A stretch of DNA of 64,000 nucleotides, taken from positions 26,143 through 90,142 of the forward strand of contig CAZPDP010000002.1 of NCBI GenBank assembly GCA_964585385.1, given 5' to 3'. This DNA comes from an uncultured Bacteroidales bacterium (lineage in GTDB: Bacteria > Bacteroidota > Bacteroidia > Bacteroidales > UBA12077). The stretch's first letter is position 1. Each line of letters opens with the position of its first letter. The position numbers were made by a program, and so were the translations under genes. Under the pieces are notes generated by a model. That model had not been told where the DNA came from and made no database searches. It was given only the letters and a program-made list of their open reading frames with translations. Of this stretch, positions 55,586-64,000 are shown one piece after another.

Positions 55586-56704
55586 ATGGAGTTAGCAGAA
55601 TATTTCAGCCCTTTTGATTCAAGTCGGATAAGAAAACAACAAGGGACATTAATTAATAAAGTGCTTTGTGACCAGGAGAAGATAAAATCCAATCTTAAAA
55701 AGGCTGGTATTGCATTAGTTGGCGTGCCTTATTCAAGTGAAAACATTAGAGTGGAGCAGAGTACCAGCCTTATAAGAGATGCTTTTTATGCACTTGCAGA
55801 TCCCTACCCTGATGATTTTCGGATCCTTGATCTGGGCGACCTGAAAAAAGGAAAAACATATAAAGATACTTGGGTGGGGCTCCGGGATGTTTTGCAATAT
55901 TTGACTTCCAGAAACTTGTTTACTATTGTTTTAGGGGGCAGCAGCCTGTTTAAGTCATCCTTGTTGCAATCTCAGCCGGCAACAGATGGACCGATTGATT
56001 TTGTTTCCGTTGAACCTTGTATTTCCCTCTATTCTGAATGGGACAGAATTCCTGATAAATATAAGAAGAGTATTTACTATAATACTGTAGGAAGTCAGAT
56101 TTATTATTTAAAAAGAGAAGAAAAGGAGTGGATGGACAAAGAACAATTTCAGGATTACCGTTTGGGAGATGTTAGGTCATCACTGATCAATATTGAGCCG
56201 GTTCTACGGGATGCTTTAATTACTACAATTTCTATCAATTCAATCAAGCATGCTGATGCTCCAGGTCAGGAAACAGCGGTTCCCAATGGGTTATATGGAG
56301 AAGAAATTGCGCAGATAGCCCGTTTTGTAGGACTTGCAGATAAAACCAAGGTTTTTGGATTATTTGATTATTTTCCTGAAAAGGATAGAAATAATCAGAC
56401 GAGTCAATTGGCAGCCCAGCTATGTTGGTTTGTTACTGAAGGCTATTTAAATAGATATCCAGAAGAACCCCGCTCCGGAGAAGAGATAAAGAAATTTATT
56501 GTGAATCAGAATGATTCATCTTATGAGCTGGTTTTTTATAAAAGTGAAAAGACAGAAAGATGGTGGATGGAAATACCTTATAAAGGAGGAAGTCACCCAG
56601 AGGTATTTGCTTGTAGCTATGACGACTATAGACTGGCATCAGAACAAGAACTCCCTGTGAGATGGATCAGGCTTTTCCAAAGATTTAATTTAGAGGAAGG
56701 TTGA
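55586..56704 (+). CDS. Arginase/formiminoglutamase-fold protein, apparently lacking metal ligands
   Basis: Ureohydrolase-like blocks (IALVGVPYSS, VLGGSS, IDFVSVEP, SINSIKHADAPG) aligned by eye to GGGHE / DAHFD / SIDxD motifs; TTG at 55583, ATG at 55586. Confidence 0.45.
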   Translation: MELAEYFSPFDSSRIRKQQGTLINKVLCDQEKIKSNLKKAGIALVGVPYSSENIRVEQSTSLIRDAFYALADPYPDDFRILDLGDLKKGKTYKDTWVGLRDVLQYLTSRNLFTIVLGGSSLFKSSLLQSQPATDGPIDFVSVEPCISLYSEWDRIPDKYKKSIYYNTVGSQIYYLKREEKEWMDKEQFQDYRLGDVRSSLINIEPVLRDALITTISINSIKHADAPGQETAVPNGLYGEEIAQIARFVGLADKTKVFGLFDYFPEKDRNNQTSQLAAQLCWFVTEGYLNRYPEEPRSGEEIKKFIVNQNDSSYELVFYKSEKTERWWMEIPYKGGSHPEVFACSYDDYRLASEQELPVRWIRLFQRFNLEEG

Positions 56705-56816
56705 GGAGATTTCCATCAAAAGTGGATTTGATTTGATAAAAATTCAAAATCAATAGTAACCTTTGAGCGAATCTAGAAGTATAAGGTGGATGTGGTTATT
56801 AACATTTAGTTGTTAA

Positions 56817-56824
56817 TAAATTTG
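56817..56824 (+). promoter_or_regulatory. -7 promoter box TAAATTTG upstream of porP-gldKLMN
   Basis: Exact TAnnTTTG match 64 nt upstream of the porP/sprF ATG; overlaps an inverted repeat. Confidence 0.4.
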
Positions 56825-56888
56825 TTTTGGAAGAATATTTTTTTTTATTTTACGTTCAGTATACATTAATTGAGGCTATACGGTATTT

Positions 56889-57842
56889 ATGAAAAAGTTT
56901 TCAGTTTTTTTTCTTACTTTTTTTATGGTTGTTCAGCTAGCTAAAAGCCAGCAGGATCCTCAATTCAGCCAACATATGTTTACACAGCTTTCTTTTAATC
57001 CTGCCTATACCGGCAGCCATGGACAAATTTGTGTTACTGCTTTACATCGTCAACAATGGTTTGGTTTTGATGGAGCCCCCGAAATTAGCGTTTTCAATTT
57101 TGATGCTGCAATAAGTCCTTTCAATATTGACGCAGGGGTTGGACTATCCATAATTCAGGATCAGATAGGATTTAATAATAATTTGGGAGCCAATCTTTCT
57201 TTAGCCTATCGTTTTGATGCCTGGGATGGACAATTTGCAATCGGGGCCAGTGGAGGTCTTATAAATTACTCACTTTCTCCTAATTGGAGCATTCCTAGTG
57301 GAACAGATGTTCATACCTCAATATCAGGCGATCCTGATATTCCACAGGAAGTGAAAAATGAAATGGCTTTGGATATTAGTGCAGGAGTTTATTTTAATAC
57401 AGATGAGCTTTATATCGGATTATCCTCAACCCATCTTAACGAACCATCTTTTGTTCCTACTGCAGGGAACATTGAACCCACTATTCAAAGAAATTATTAT
57501 TTTATATCCGGTTATCACCTGTCTGTTCCGGATTCCAAATTTGAGTTAAATCCCTCACTTTTAGTGCAGACTGATGGGGCAACATCCCAAATAGGAATAA
57601 ATACTTATGTTTCCTACAATAAAAAATTTTGGACCGGCGTTTCTATTAGAACTGACAGGTCCTTAACGGGTATGATAGGAGCTAAGTTATTTGATTGGGT
57701 GCGAGTAGGTTATTCTTATGATTTTGCGGTTTCTGAAATTAGCAGGTATAATCAAGGATCACACGAAATTATGGTAGGCTTTTGTTTTGATGCTAAAGTA
57801 GACAAAAGCCCGAAAAAATACAAGAGTATTAGATTTTTGTAG
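56889..57842 (+). CDS. porP: T9SS membrane protein PorP/SprF family
   Basis: Signal peptide then QQDPQFSQHMFTQLSFNPAYTG, the hallmark PorP/SprF N-terminus; beta-barrel-like sequence; directly upstream of gldK. Confidence 0.8.
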   Translation: MKKFSVFFLTFFMVVQLAKSQQDPQFSQHMFTQLSFNPAYTGSHGQICVTALHRQQWFGFDGAPEISVFNFDAAISPFNIDAGVGLSIIQDQIGFNNNLGANLSLAYRFDAWDGQFAIGASGGLINYSLSPNWSIPSGTDVHTSISGDPDIPQEVKNEMALDISAGVYFNTDELYIGLSSTHLNEPSFVPTAGNIEPTIQRNYYFISGYHLSVPDSKFELNPSLLVQTDGATSQIGINTYVSYNKKFWTGVSIRTDRSLTGMIGAKLFDWVRVGYSYDFAVSEISRYNQGSHEIMVGFCFDAKVDKSPKKYKSIRFL

Positions 57843-57885
57843 GTATTGAAAAAATTATTATTTTGCATAAATAAACCTGAATATT

Positions 57886-59223
57886 ATGAAGAAATTAATC
57901 TTGTTCTTAGGCCTTATATCTTTCATGTTTAGCTGTGGAAACTATAAAGGAGGAGAATTAGTTGGAGTCCAGGGTCGAAGCGACTGGTATGAACCTAAAC
58001 CCTACGGTATGGTTTTTGTTCCTATGGGTAGCTTTACAATGGGCCCCAGCGATGAGAGCGCCTCCTGGGCAATGACTACAAAATCAAAAACTGTATCCGT
58101 TGACGCTTTCTGGATGGATGATACAGAAATTACTAATAATGAATACCGGCAATTCGTAAAATATGTAAAAGATTCCATTTTACGCGAAAAATTGGGAGAA
58201 GCTTTACCAGAAGATTTTATGATTTCAGAGAATCAGTACGGAGAACCATTGGATGATCCAAGAATTAATTGGGAAACGGAAATTGATCCAAGTGATGAAG
58301 CACAAAGAGCTGTTATTGATGAAATGTATTATGCCCGGCAAGACAGACTATTTGGTCGTAAACAAATAGATACCCGTAAATTGATGTACGATTTCTATTG
58401 GGTTGATTATCAGGAAGCAGCTAAAGGTGGCAACAGGTATAATTATGAAACACAACAATATGAGGGCAGTGTTACAAACGAGCAGGGAGACCAAGTACCA
58501 ATTGACAGCAGAGCTGCTTTTATTAAAAGAGGTAGAGTGAATGTTTATCCCGATACTTTGGTTTGGATTAGAGATTTTACTTATTCCTTTAATGAACCCT
58601 ATACAGACCTCTATTTTTCCCATCCCGCCTATGATGATTACCCAGTTGTAGGAGTAAACTGGGAACAAGCCAGAGCATTTTCCATATGGAGAACCAAGAC
58701 TCTCAATGACTTTTTACGAGGACAAGGTGAAGGAGAAGTACAAGATTATCGTTTACCAACTGAAACAGAATGGGAATATGCTGCAAGAGGCAATCTTGAT
58801 TTGAGTCCTTATCCATGGGGTGGGCCTTATACAAGAAACAACGAAGGTTGTTTTCTGGCTAACTTCAAACCGCTTCGTGGTAATTATGTAGATGATGGTT
58901 CTTTGATTGCATTAGCAGTGGGTAGTTATGCACCCAACGAATATGGATTGTATGACATGGCAGGTAATGTTGCAGAATGGACCGCCAATGCATACGATGA
59001 ATCAGCATACTTTTTCACTCATGATATGAACCCGAATTATCAATATGAGGCAAAACCTGATGATTTACCCGCAATGAAAAGAAAAGTTATACGTGGTGGG
59101 TCATGGAAGGATATTGGCTACTATCTGCAAAATAGTGCCCGTACTTATGAATATCAAGATTCTAGTACATCGTACATAGGGTTTCGATGTGTTAGATCAT
59201 ACTTAGGAGGCAGTAATCAATAA
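57886..59223 (+). CDS. gldK: Gliding motility/T9SS lipoprotein GldK (PorK)
   Basis: Lipobox (FMFSC), FGE-sulfatase/SUMF1-like domain (LPTETEWEYAARG, GLYDMAGNVAEW, RGGSW). Confidence 0.9.
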   Translation: MKKLILFLGLISFMFSCGNYKGGELVGVQGRSDWYEPKPYGMVFVPMGSFTMGPSDESASWAMTTKSKTVSVDAFWMDDTEITNNEYRQFVKYVKDSILREKLGEALPEDFMISENQYGEPLDDPRINWETEIDPSDEAQRAVIDEMYYARQDRLFGRKQIDTRKLMYDFYWVDYQEAAKGGNRYNYETQQYEGSVTNEQGDQVPIDSRAAFIKRGRVNVYPDTLVWIRDFTYSFNEPYTDLYFSHPAYDDYPVVGVNWEQARAFSIWRTKTLNDFLRGQGEGEVQDYRLPTETEWEYAARGNLDLSPYPWGGPYTRNNEGCFLANFKPLRGNYVDDGSLIALAVGSYAPNEYGLYDMAGNVAEWTANAYDESAYFFTHDMNPNYQYEAKPDDLPAMKRKVIRGGSWKDIGYYLQNSARTYEYQDSSTSYIGFRCVRSYLGGSNQ

Positions 59224-59241
59224 TTTTAATTTTTTAGGCTT

Positions 59242-60285
59242 ATGATAAGTATTTCTGAGATTGTTCAAACCGAAGGTTGGCGCAAATTTATGGCCAAGTT
59301 ATACGGCTTGGGAGCTGCGGTTGTATTGGCAGGAGCGCTTTTTAAAATACAGCACTGGCCTATGGCCGGATTAATGCTAACAATCGGAATGACCACCGAG
59401 GTGATCATTTTCTTCTTCTCAGCTTTTGAACCTGTTCATGAAGAAGTGGACTGGTCTATTGTTTATCCGGAATTAGCAGGAATTGAAGAGGATGCAGAAG
59501 AAGCTCGTGAACGTAACAGGGCCAGGAGGCAGTCTGTGGAAGCCCACGGAGGCGCAGCCCCTGCTGAAGGGGGTGGCGGAGGTGCCGGTGGATTGTCGAA
59601 ATTCGATGAGATGCTGGAAAATGCCGAAATTACACCAGACCTGTTTAATAGCCTTGGCGAAGGATTAAAAAAACTCAATGAAACAACCAAAGGCCTTAAC
59701 GATGTTTCAGATGCCACATTGGCCACCAATGAGTATGTAGAAAATATGCAGGCTGCATCACAGTCAATTAGCAACCTTACGGATACTTATAATCAATCAC
59801 ATACAGACCTTAATGATAATATTTCAAACCTTAGCAATGTCTACCAGGAATCCGTAGAATCAATTAAAGAGTCCGGAAGCTATGTGGCTGATAAGATGGC
59901 AGAAGGAGGTAAAGCTTTTGCTGATAAAATTAATCAGTCGGCAGATGAAATAGCTAGTTCTTATAAAGAGATTTCTGAAAATGTTCGCTCAGGAATCCTG
60001 GAGAACAATAATATATTTAATCAACGCTTAGAAGAAATCAATAATCATCTGTCTGCTTTAAATTCAGCTTATGAATTGCAACTGAATTCTACCAATGAAC
60101 ATGTCAATACTACCCAAAGTATATATGGCGAGATGGATAAGGTGATGAATGATTTGAGAGAGTCGGTGGACGAAACCAAAAAATATAAAGAAGAAATTTC
60201 TAAGCTGAATCAGAATTTATCTGAGCTTAATAATATCTATGGCAATATGTTATCTGCCATGTCTGTAATGGAAAATAATGTCTAA
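59242..60285 (+). CDS. gldL: Gliding motility/T9SS protein GldL (PorL)
   Basis: Two N-terminal TM helices (KLYGLGAAVVLAGALFKIQHWP...TTEVIIFFFSAFEP), Gly/Ala-rich linker, coiled-coil-like C-terminal region. Confidence 0.85.
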   Translation: MISISEIVQTEGWRKFMAKLYGLGAAVVLAGALFKIQHWPMAGLMLTIGMTTEVIIFFFSAFEPVHEEVDWSIVYPELAGIEEDAEEARERNRARRQSVEAHGGAAPAEGGGGGAGGLSKFDEMLENAEITPDLFNSLGEGLKKLNETTKGLNDVSDATLATNEYVENMQAASQSISNLTDTYNQSHTDLNDNISNLSNVYQESVESIKESGSYVADKMAEGGKAFADKINQSADEIASSYKEISENVRSGILENNNIFNQRLEEINNHLSALNSAYELQLNSTNEHVNTTQSIYGEMDKVMNDLRESVDETKKYKEEISKLNQNLSELNNIYGNMLSAMSVMENNV

Positions 60286-60301
60286 TTAACAGGTTCAGGG
60301 T

Positions 60302-61951
60302 ATGGGTCACGGAAAAGAAACTCCTCGTCAGAAAATGATTGGTATGATGTACCTTGTTTTAACAGCAATGTTAGCATTGAATGTTTCTGCCGAGGTATTG
60401 GATGCTTTTCGTCTGGTAAATGAAGGAATTAAAAAGACTACAGATAATTTTGTTCAAAAAAATAATACGATTTATAAAGATTTTGAGGAAGAAGTAGCAA
60501 AAAATGCTTTAAAGGCTGGTACCTGGAAAGAAAAGGCTGATTCTGTCAGAAATGCTGCTGATGAATTGTATGATTATATGCAGGGAATAAAAGTGAAATT
60601 GATAAAAGACAACCAGGGAAAAAATATAGAAGAAAATAAAGCATTATACGAAGAAGATGGAAAAATTAAGGTTGAGCAGAGATTTGTAACCGGACAGGAT
60701 AAGTATGACAAGACTACCCATTATTTGATCGGGGATAAAAATGGAGAAGCTTATGAGCTTAAGCAGAGAATTATTGATTTTCGAAAAAAGATGGTTTCTT
60801 TAATAGATAAAAAAGATGCTAAAATTATTGAATCTATTGAAACTGCATTGAATACTGATGATCCGCCCCCTTTAGAAGGTCATGATCCAAAATCATGGGA
60901 AATTAAACACTTTTATCATATTCCAATAGGCGCTGTTTTACCAATACTGAGCAAATTCCAGGCAGATGTCAGAAATACTGAATCAGAAATTATTCGTTAC
61001 CTTTTTAATCAAATTGATGCCGGTGAATTTTCATTCAACCAGATCGAAGCTACTGTTATTCCCAACTCCAAATTTGTTTTCCAGGGTAACGAGTACAAGG
61101 CCGATGTTTTCCTTTCTGCCAGAGATACAACTGCTCCTCCAACAATCTTAATTGGAAAATGGGATAGTGTGAGAAAGGAAGATGGAACCTATGACGTCGT
61201 TATGCAGAATGTTGAAGATACCCTGAAGGTTATCGGTGGAAAAGGTAAGTTTACTAAGCAAGCTACTTCAACGGGTGTACATGAATGGGGAGGCATAGTT
61301 CTATTAAAAGGACCTGAAGGAGATACTATTAAAAAACCTTTCAGGAGAGAATATAAAGTTGAGCCTCCAAACCTGGTTATCTCGCCAACTAAGATGAATG
61401 TATTTTATGTTGGTATACCTAACCCTGTGAGTATTTCAGTGCCCGGTGTTCCAGCAGATAATTTACGACCAACAATGACAAACGGGCGTATATATAAGAA
61501 AAGTTCCGGTAATTATGAGGTAAATCCATCAACTCCAGGACAGGTTGCCCGAATCAGGGTACAGGCAGAAGTTGATGGTCAGATGCAATCTTTTGGCTCA
61601 AAAGAGTTCAGGGTAAAACCTCTGCCTACCCCTGTAGCCCAGGTTAACGGAAAATCCGGTGGTGATATTCGAAGAGAGGTACTGGTTGCGCAAAGTGGAA
61701 TTTATGCTGCTATGGAAGATTTCCTTTTTGATTTGGAATATACAATAACTCAGTATACAGTTTCCACTACCAACAAAGGAGGATTCCTCATTGACGAACA
61801 AAGGAATACCTTTAGATTTGACAACGAAATAAGAGAATGGCTCCGGGATAATGCCATTGCCGGAAGAAAAATAAACTTTGAGGACCTTCAAGCTGTAGGC
61901 CCCGATGGAGCTGTAAAAGATTTGAATCCAATTACATTTACAATACGATAA
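60302..61951 (+). CDS. gldM: Gliding motility/T9SS protein GldM (PorM)
   Basis: N-terminal PRQKMIGMMYLVLTAMLALNVS TM anchor typical of GldM; 549 aa; position between gldL and gldN. Confidence 0.85.
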   Translation: MGHGKETPRQKMIGMMYLVLTAMLALNVSAEVLDAFRLVNEGIKKTTDNFVQKNNTIYKDFEEEVAKNALKAGTWKEKADSVRNAADELYDYMQGIKVKLIKDNQGKNIEENKALYEEDGKIKVEQRFVTGQDKYDKTTHYLIGDKNGEAYELKQRIIDFRKKMVSLIDKKDAKIIESIETALNTDDPPPLEGHDPKSWEIKHFYHIPIGAVLPILSKFQADVRNTESEIIRYLFNQIDAGEFSFNQIEATVIPNSKFVFQGNEYKADVFLSARDTTAPPTILIGKWDSVRKEDGTYDVVMQNVEDTLKVIGGKGKFTKQATSTGVHEWGGIVLLKGPEGDTIKKPFRREYKVEPPNLVISPTKMNVFYVGIPNPVSISVPGVPADNLRPTMTNGRIYKKSSGNYEVNPSTPGQVARIRVQAEVDGQMQSFGSKEFRVKPLPTPVAQVNGKSGGDIRREVLVAQSGIYAAMEDFLFDLEYTITQYTVSTTNKGGFLIDEQRNTFRFDNEIREWLRDNAIAGRKINFEDLQAVGPDGAVKDLNPITFTIR

Positions 61952-61971
61952 CATTTAAATTTTATAATCAT

Positions 61972-62850
61972 ATGAAACGATTTTCTGCTTTACTAATTTT
62001 GGCTTTTGTTGTTTTTGCTGCTCATGCCCAAACTGAACAAACTGAGCAACAAAGTGATCAACAGCAAGAGAGTGAGAAGGCCTATATTGATGATGATATC
62101 TATACAAAAGGTAATATAACTGAAAAAAAACCATTGGCTTATCCGAAATTAAGAGAAGCCGATGTTATGTGGTCAAAAAAATTGTGGCAAAGGATTGATT
62201 GTCGAAAAAAGATGAACCAACCCCTTTATTTTCCAACCACAGAGATGGAGGACAGAAAGAGCCTGATTCAGGTAATCATGGAAGGATTTGATAATCCGGA
62301 GTATAACATTACCGCCTATAAAACTGATCTCCTGGAGGAAATAATGACTAAGGAGGAAGTGATGCGAGGCCTTGGTGCAGGGACAGAAACCATTGAGACT
62401 CAACAACCGGATGGAACTATCGAAAAACAAACGATTACCCAGGATGTAAGATACCAGGAAATTAAGCAATATGAAATCCGCGAAGAATGGTATTTTGACA
62501 GAAAATATTCAAGATTAAGAGTACGAATTGTAGCTATTGCACCCATTAGGGAATGGATAAACCCGGATACTGGTGAAAAAAGAAGATCCCAGCCATTTTG
62601 GCTTTTTTATCCTGAGATAAGAGAACTTTTAGCATCTTATGAGGTATTCAACAGACACAATGATGCACAAAGGGTGAGTTATGAGGACTTCTTCCAGCAA
62701 AGGCGTTTCCAAAGCTTTGTTACTCGTGAAAGCAATGTTTACGGAAACAGATTCATAACCGAATATACCACAGGTGTTCAAACCCTTCTTGAAGCAGAAC
62801 GTATACGAAACGAGGTCTTCAAATTTGAACATGACCTTTGGGAATATTAA
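61972..62850 (+). CDS. gldN: Gliding motility/T9SS protein GldN (PorN)
   Basis: Signal peptide; 292 aa; conserved position after gldM; EEWYFDRK-type motif. Confidence 0.8.
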   Translation: MKRFSALLILAFVVFAAHAQTEQTEQQSDQQQESEKAYIDDDIYTKGNITEKKPLAYPKLREADVMWSKKLWQRIDCRKKMNQPLYFPTTEMEDRKSLIQVIMEGFDNPEYNITAYKTDLLEEIMTKEEVMRGLGAGTETIETQQPDGTIEKQTITQDVRYQEIKQYEIREEWYFDRKYSRLRVRIVAIAPIREWINPDTGEKRRSQPFWLFYPEIRELLASYEVFNRHNDAQRVSYEDFFQQRRFQSFVTRESNVYGNRFITEYTTGVQTLLEAERIRNEVFKFEHDLWEY

Positions 62851-62876
62851 TGGTAAATAATCGATTGGTATAATAT

Positions 62877-62906
62877 AAAAAAGCCCGCTTTAAACGGGCT
62901 TTTTTT
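62877..62906. terminator. Bidirectional rho-independent terminator between gldN and manC
   Basis: GCCCG / CGGGC stem (AAAAAGCCCGCTTTAAACGGGCTTTTTTT) flanked by an A-run and a T-run between convergent genes. Confidence 0.8.
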
Positions 62907-62935
62907 GTGTATAAAAGTTGAATCCAAAATTATTC

Positions 62936-64000
62936 TTAAATATATTTTTCTCCTTTCGTTTCTTTTATTTCATCTACTATATTTTTTATTTCCTGCTCAT
63001 TTTCTTTTTTATAAATAAGTAACTTATCGTCACTATCAACAACTATGTAATTGTCCAGACCTTTAATCACAGCTATTTTGTTATCAGAGAAATTGATAAT
63101 CGAATCTTTTACATCATATAGAATAACATTTTTTCCAAAGACAGAATTACCGTTCTCGTCTTTATTGATAAATTCCTGTAAAGATCCCCATGTACCAAGA
63201 TCAGCCCATCCAAAATCTGAGGTATAAACGTATACATTCTCAGCTTTTTCCATTATTCCATAATCAATGGAAATGCTTTTGGTTTTGAAATAAATTTTGG
63301 AGATAAATTCATTCTCTTTTTCGGTATTGTATATCTCTTTTCCTTCTTTAAACAAATCGTCTACTTCCGGCAGATGTGTGGTAAAAGCTTCTTTTATGGC
63401 TTTTAACGACCAGATAAATATGCCTGAATTCCAGTAATACTCACCGCTTTCATAGAATTTTTTAGCTAGCTCTGAGTTTGGTTTTTCTGTAAAGGTTTTG
63501 ACTTTGAAAATATTTTTCCCGTTTTCTTTCTTTTTATCTCCAATTTGAATATAACCATAACCTGTTTCTGGCCTGTGCGGTTTTATTCCTAGCGTTAGAA
63601 GCGATTGTTTCGCCTTTGTAAATTCAAAACCCTCTTTTACCACTCTGACAAATTCCTCCTCCTTAGTTATAAGATGATCAGATGGCATTACGGCTATATT
63701 TGCATCGGGATTAAGGTTTTCAATTTTATAATTTGAATAGGCAATACAAGGAGCCGTATTTTTCTTTTCCGGTTCAAGTAAAATCTGATGCTCTTTCAGT
63801 TCTGGCAATTGCTCTGAGGTAATATCTTTGTAGATTTCATTCGTTACAATCATAATATTTTCAACAGGTGCAATTTTTTTACACCTTTCAAATGTATGCT
63901 GAAGTAAAGATTTACCAGTGCCCAAAATATCCAGGAATTGTTTTGGTTTTGATTTTGTGCTTAGCGGCCAGAACCTTGTACCTGTTCCACCGGCCATTAT
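62936..64000 (-). CDS. manC: Mannose-1-phosphate guanylyltransferase; N-terminus truncated by the window edge
   Basis: (I)MAGGTGTRFWPLS nucleotidyltransferase motif at the window edge; the reading frame continues beyond 64000. Confidence 0.85.
   Translation of the reverse strand: MMAGGTGTRFWPLSTKSKPKQFLDILGTGKSLLQHTFERCKKIAPVENIMIVTNEIYKDITSEQLPELKEHQILLEPEKKNTAPCIAYSNYKIENLNPDANIAVMPSDHLITKEEEFVRVVKEGFEFTKAKQSLLTLGIKPHRPETGYGYIQIGDKKKENGKNIFKVKTFTEKPNSELAKKFYESGEYYWNSGIFIWSLKAIKEAFTTHLPEVDDLFKEGKEIYNTEKENEFISKIYFKTKSISIDYGIMEKAENVYVYTSDFGWADLGTWGSLQEFINKDENGNSVFGKNVILYDVKDSIINFSDNKIAVIKGLDNYIVVDSDDKLLIYKKENEQEIKNIVDEIKETKGEKYI

Noticed and set aside
1-64000. Whole-window scan for CRISPR arrays, IS elements/transposases, integrases, toxin-antitoxin pairs and restriction-modification or other defence genes.
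   Set aside because: No regularly spaced direct repeats, terminal inverted repeats or matching protein motifs were seen. The window appears to be core chromosome.

Overview
The window looks like a core-like chromosomal segment of an AT-rich Bacteroidota genome, probably Bacteroidia-like. Four things support this: eight gliding/type IX secretion (T9SS) genes, a DUF4492-cydAB operon, exact TAnnTTTG -7 promoter boxes in most intergenic gaps, and almost no Shine-Dalgarno sequences. I call about 58 protein genes and one tRNA-Ala(GGC). I saw no rRNA, CRISPR array, transposase, integrase or recognisable defence gene.

Gene content, left to right:
- RND efflux pair, mutL, two rhomboid proteases and an EEP-family gene
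- dapD, then a convergent glycan / LPS-core-like cluster (GT9, O-antigen-ligase-like, GT2, GT-D-like, sulfotransferase-like, GT2, GT4, Wzi-like outer-membrane protein)
- tonB and ald, then sprE(porW)-porX-tsaE
- nifU-like and mrp, then a tightly packed holB-PSP1-gldH-trmB-ATL operon
- a phosphoglycerate kinase (PGK) locus, followed by PMM/PGM and rnhB
- DUF4492-cydA-cydB, a desulforedoxin-like gene, ferritin and an Rrf2 regulator
- panCD, rfaE-II, radA, an ABC ATPase, PBP1A and topA
- an arginase-fold gene, porP-gldK-gldL-gldM-gldN, and a partial manC

Most unusual observations:
1. A 794-aa ORF is an in-frame head-to-tail fusion of two complete PGK modules. The duplication looks old because synonymous sites are heavily diverged. 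The second module has Gln at the catalytic Lys position. A third, divergent stand-alone PGK paralogue lies 251 nt downstream.
2. An untracked 41-aa single-TM ORF sits 21 nt downstream of cydB and could be a CydX-like subunit.
3. There is a stand-alone desulforedoxin-like mini-protein.
4. An arginase-fold protein whose metal ligands all appear to be substituted lies just upstream of the T9SS core operon.
5. Palindromic candidate operators lie upstream of porP-gldKLMN and between the ferritin promoter and its divergent neighbour.

No clear novel multi-gene system such as a defence island is visible; the PGK locus is the best candidate for undescribed biology. All calls rest on by-eye motif recognition. 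No database search was run.
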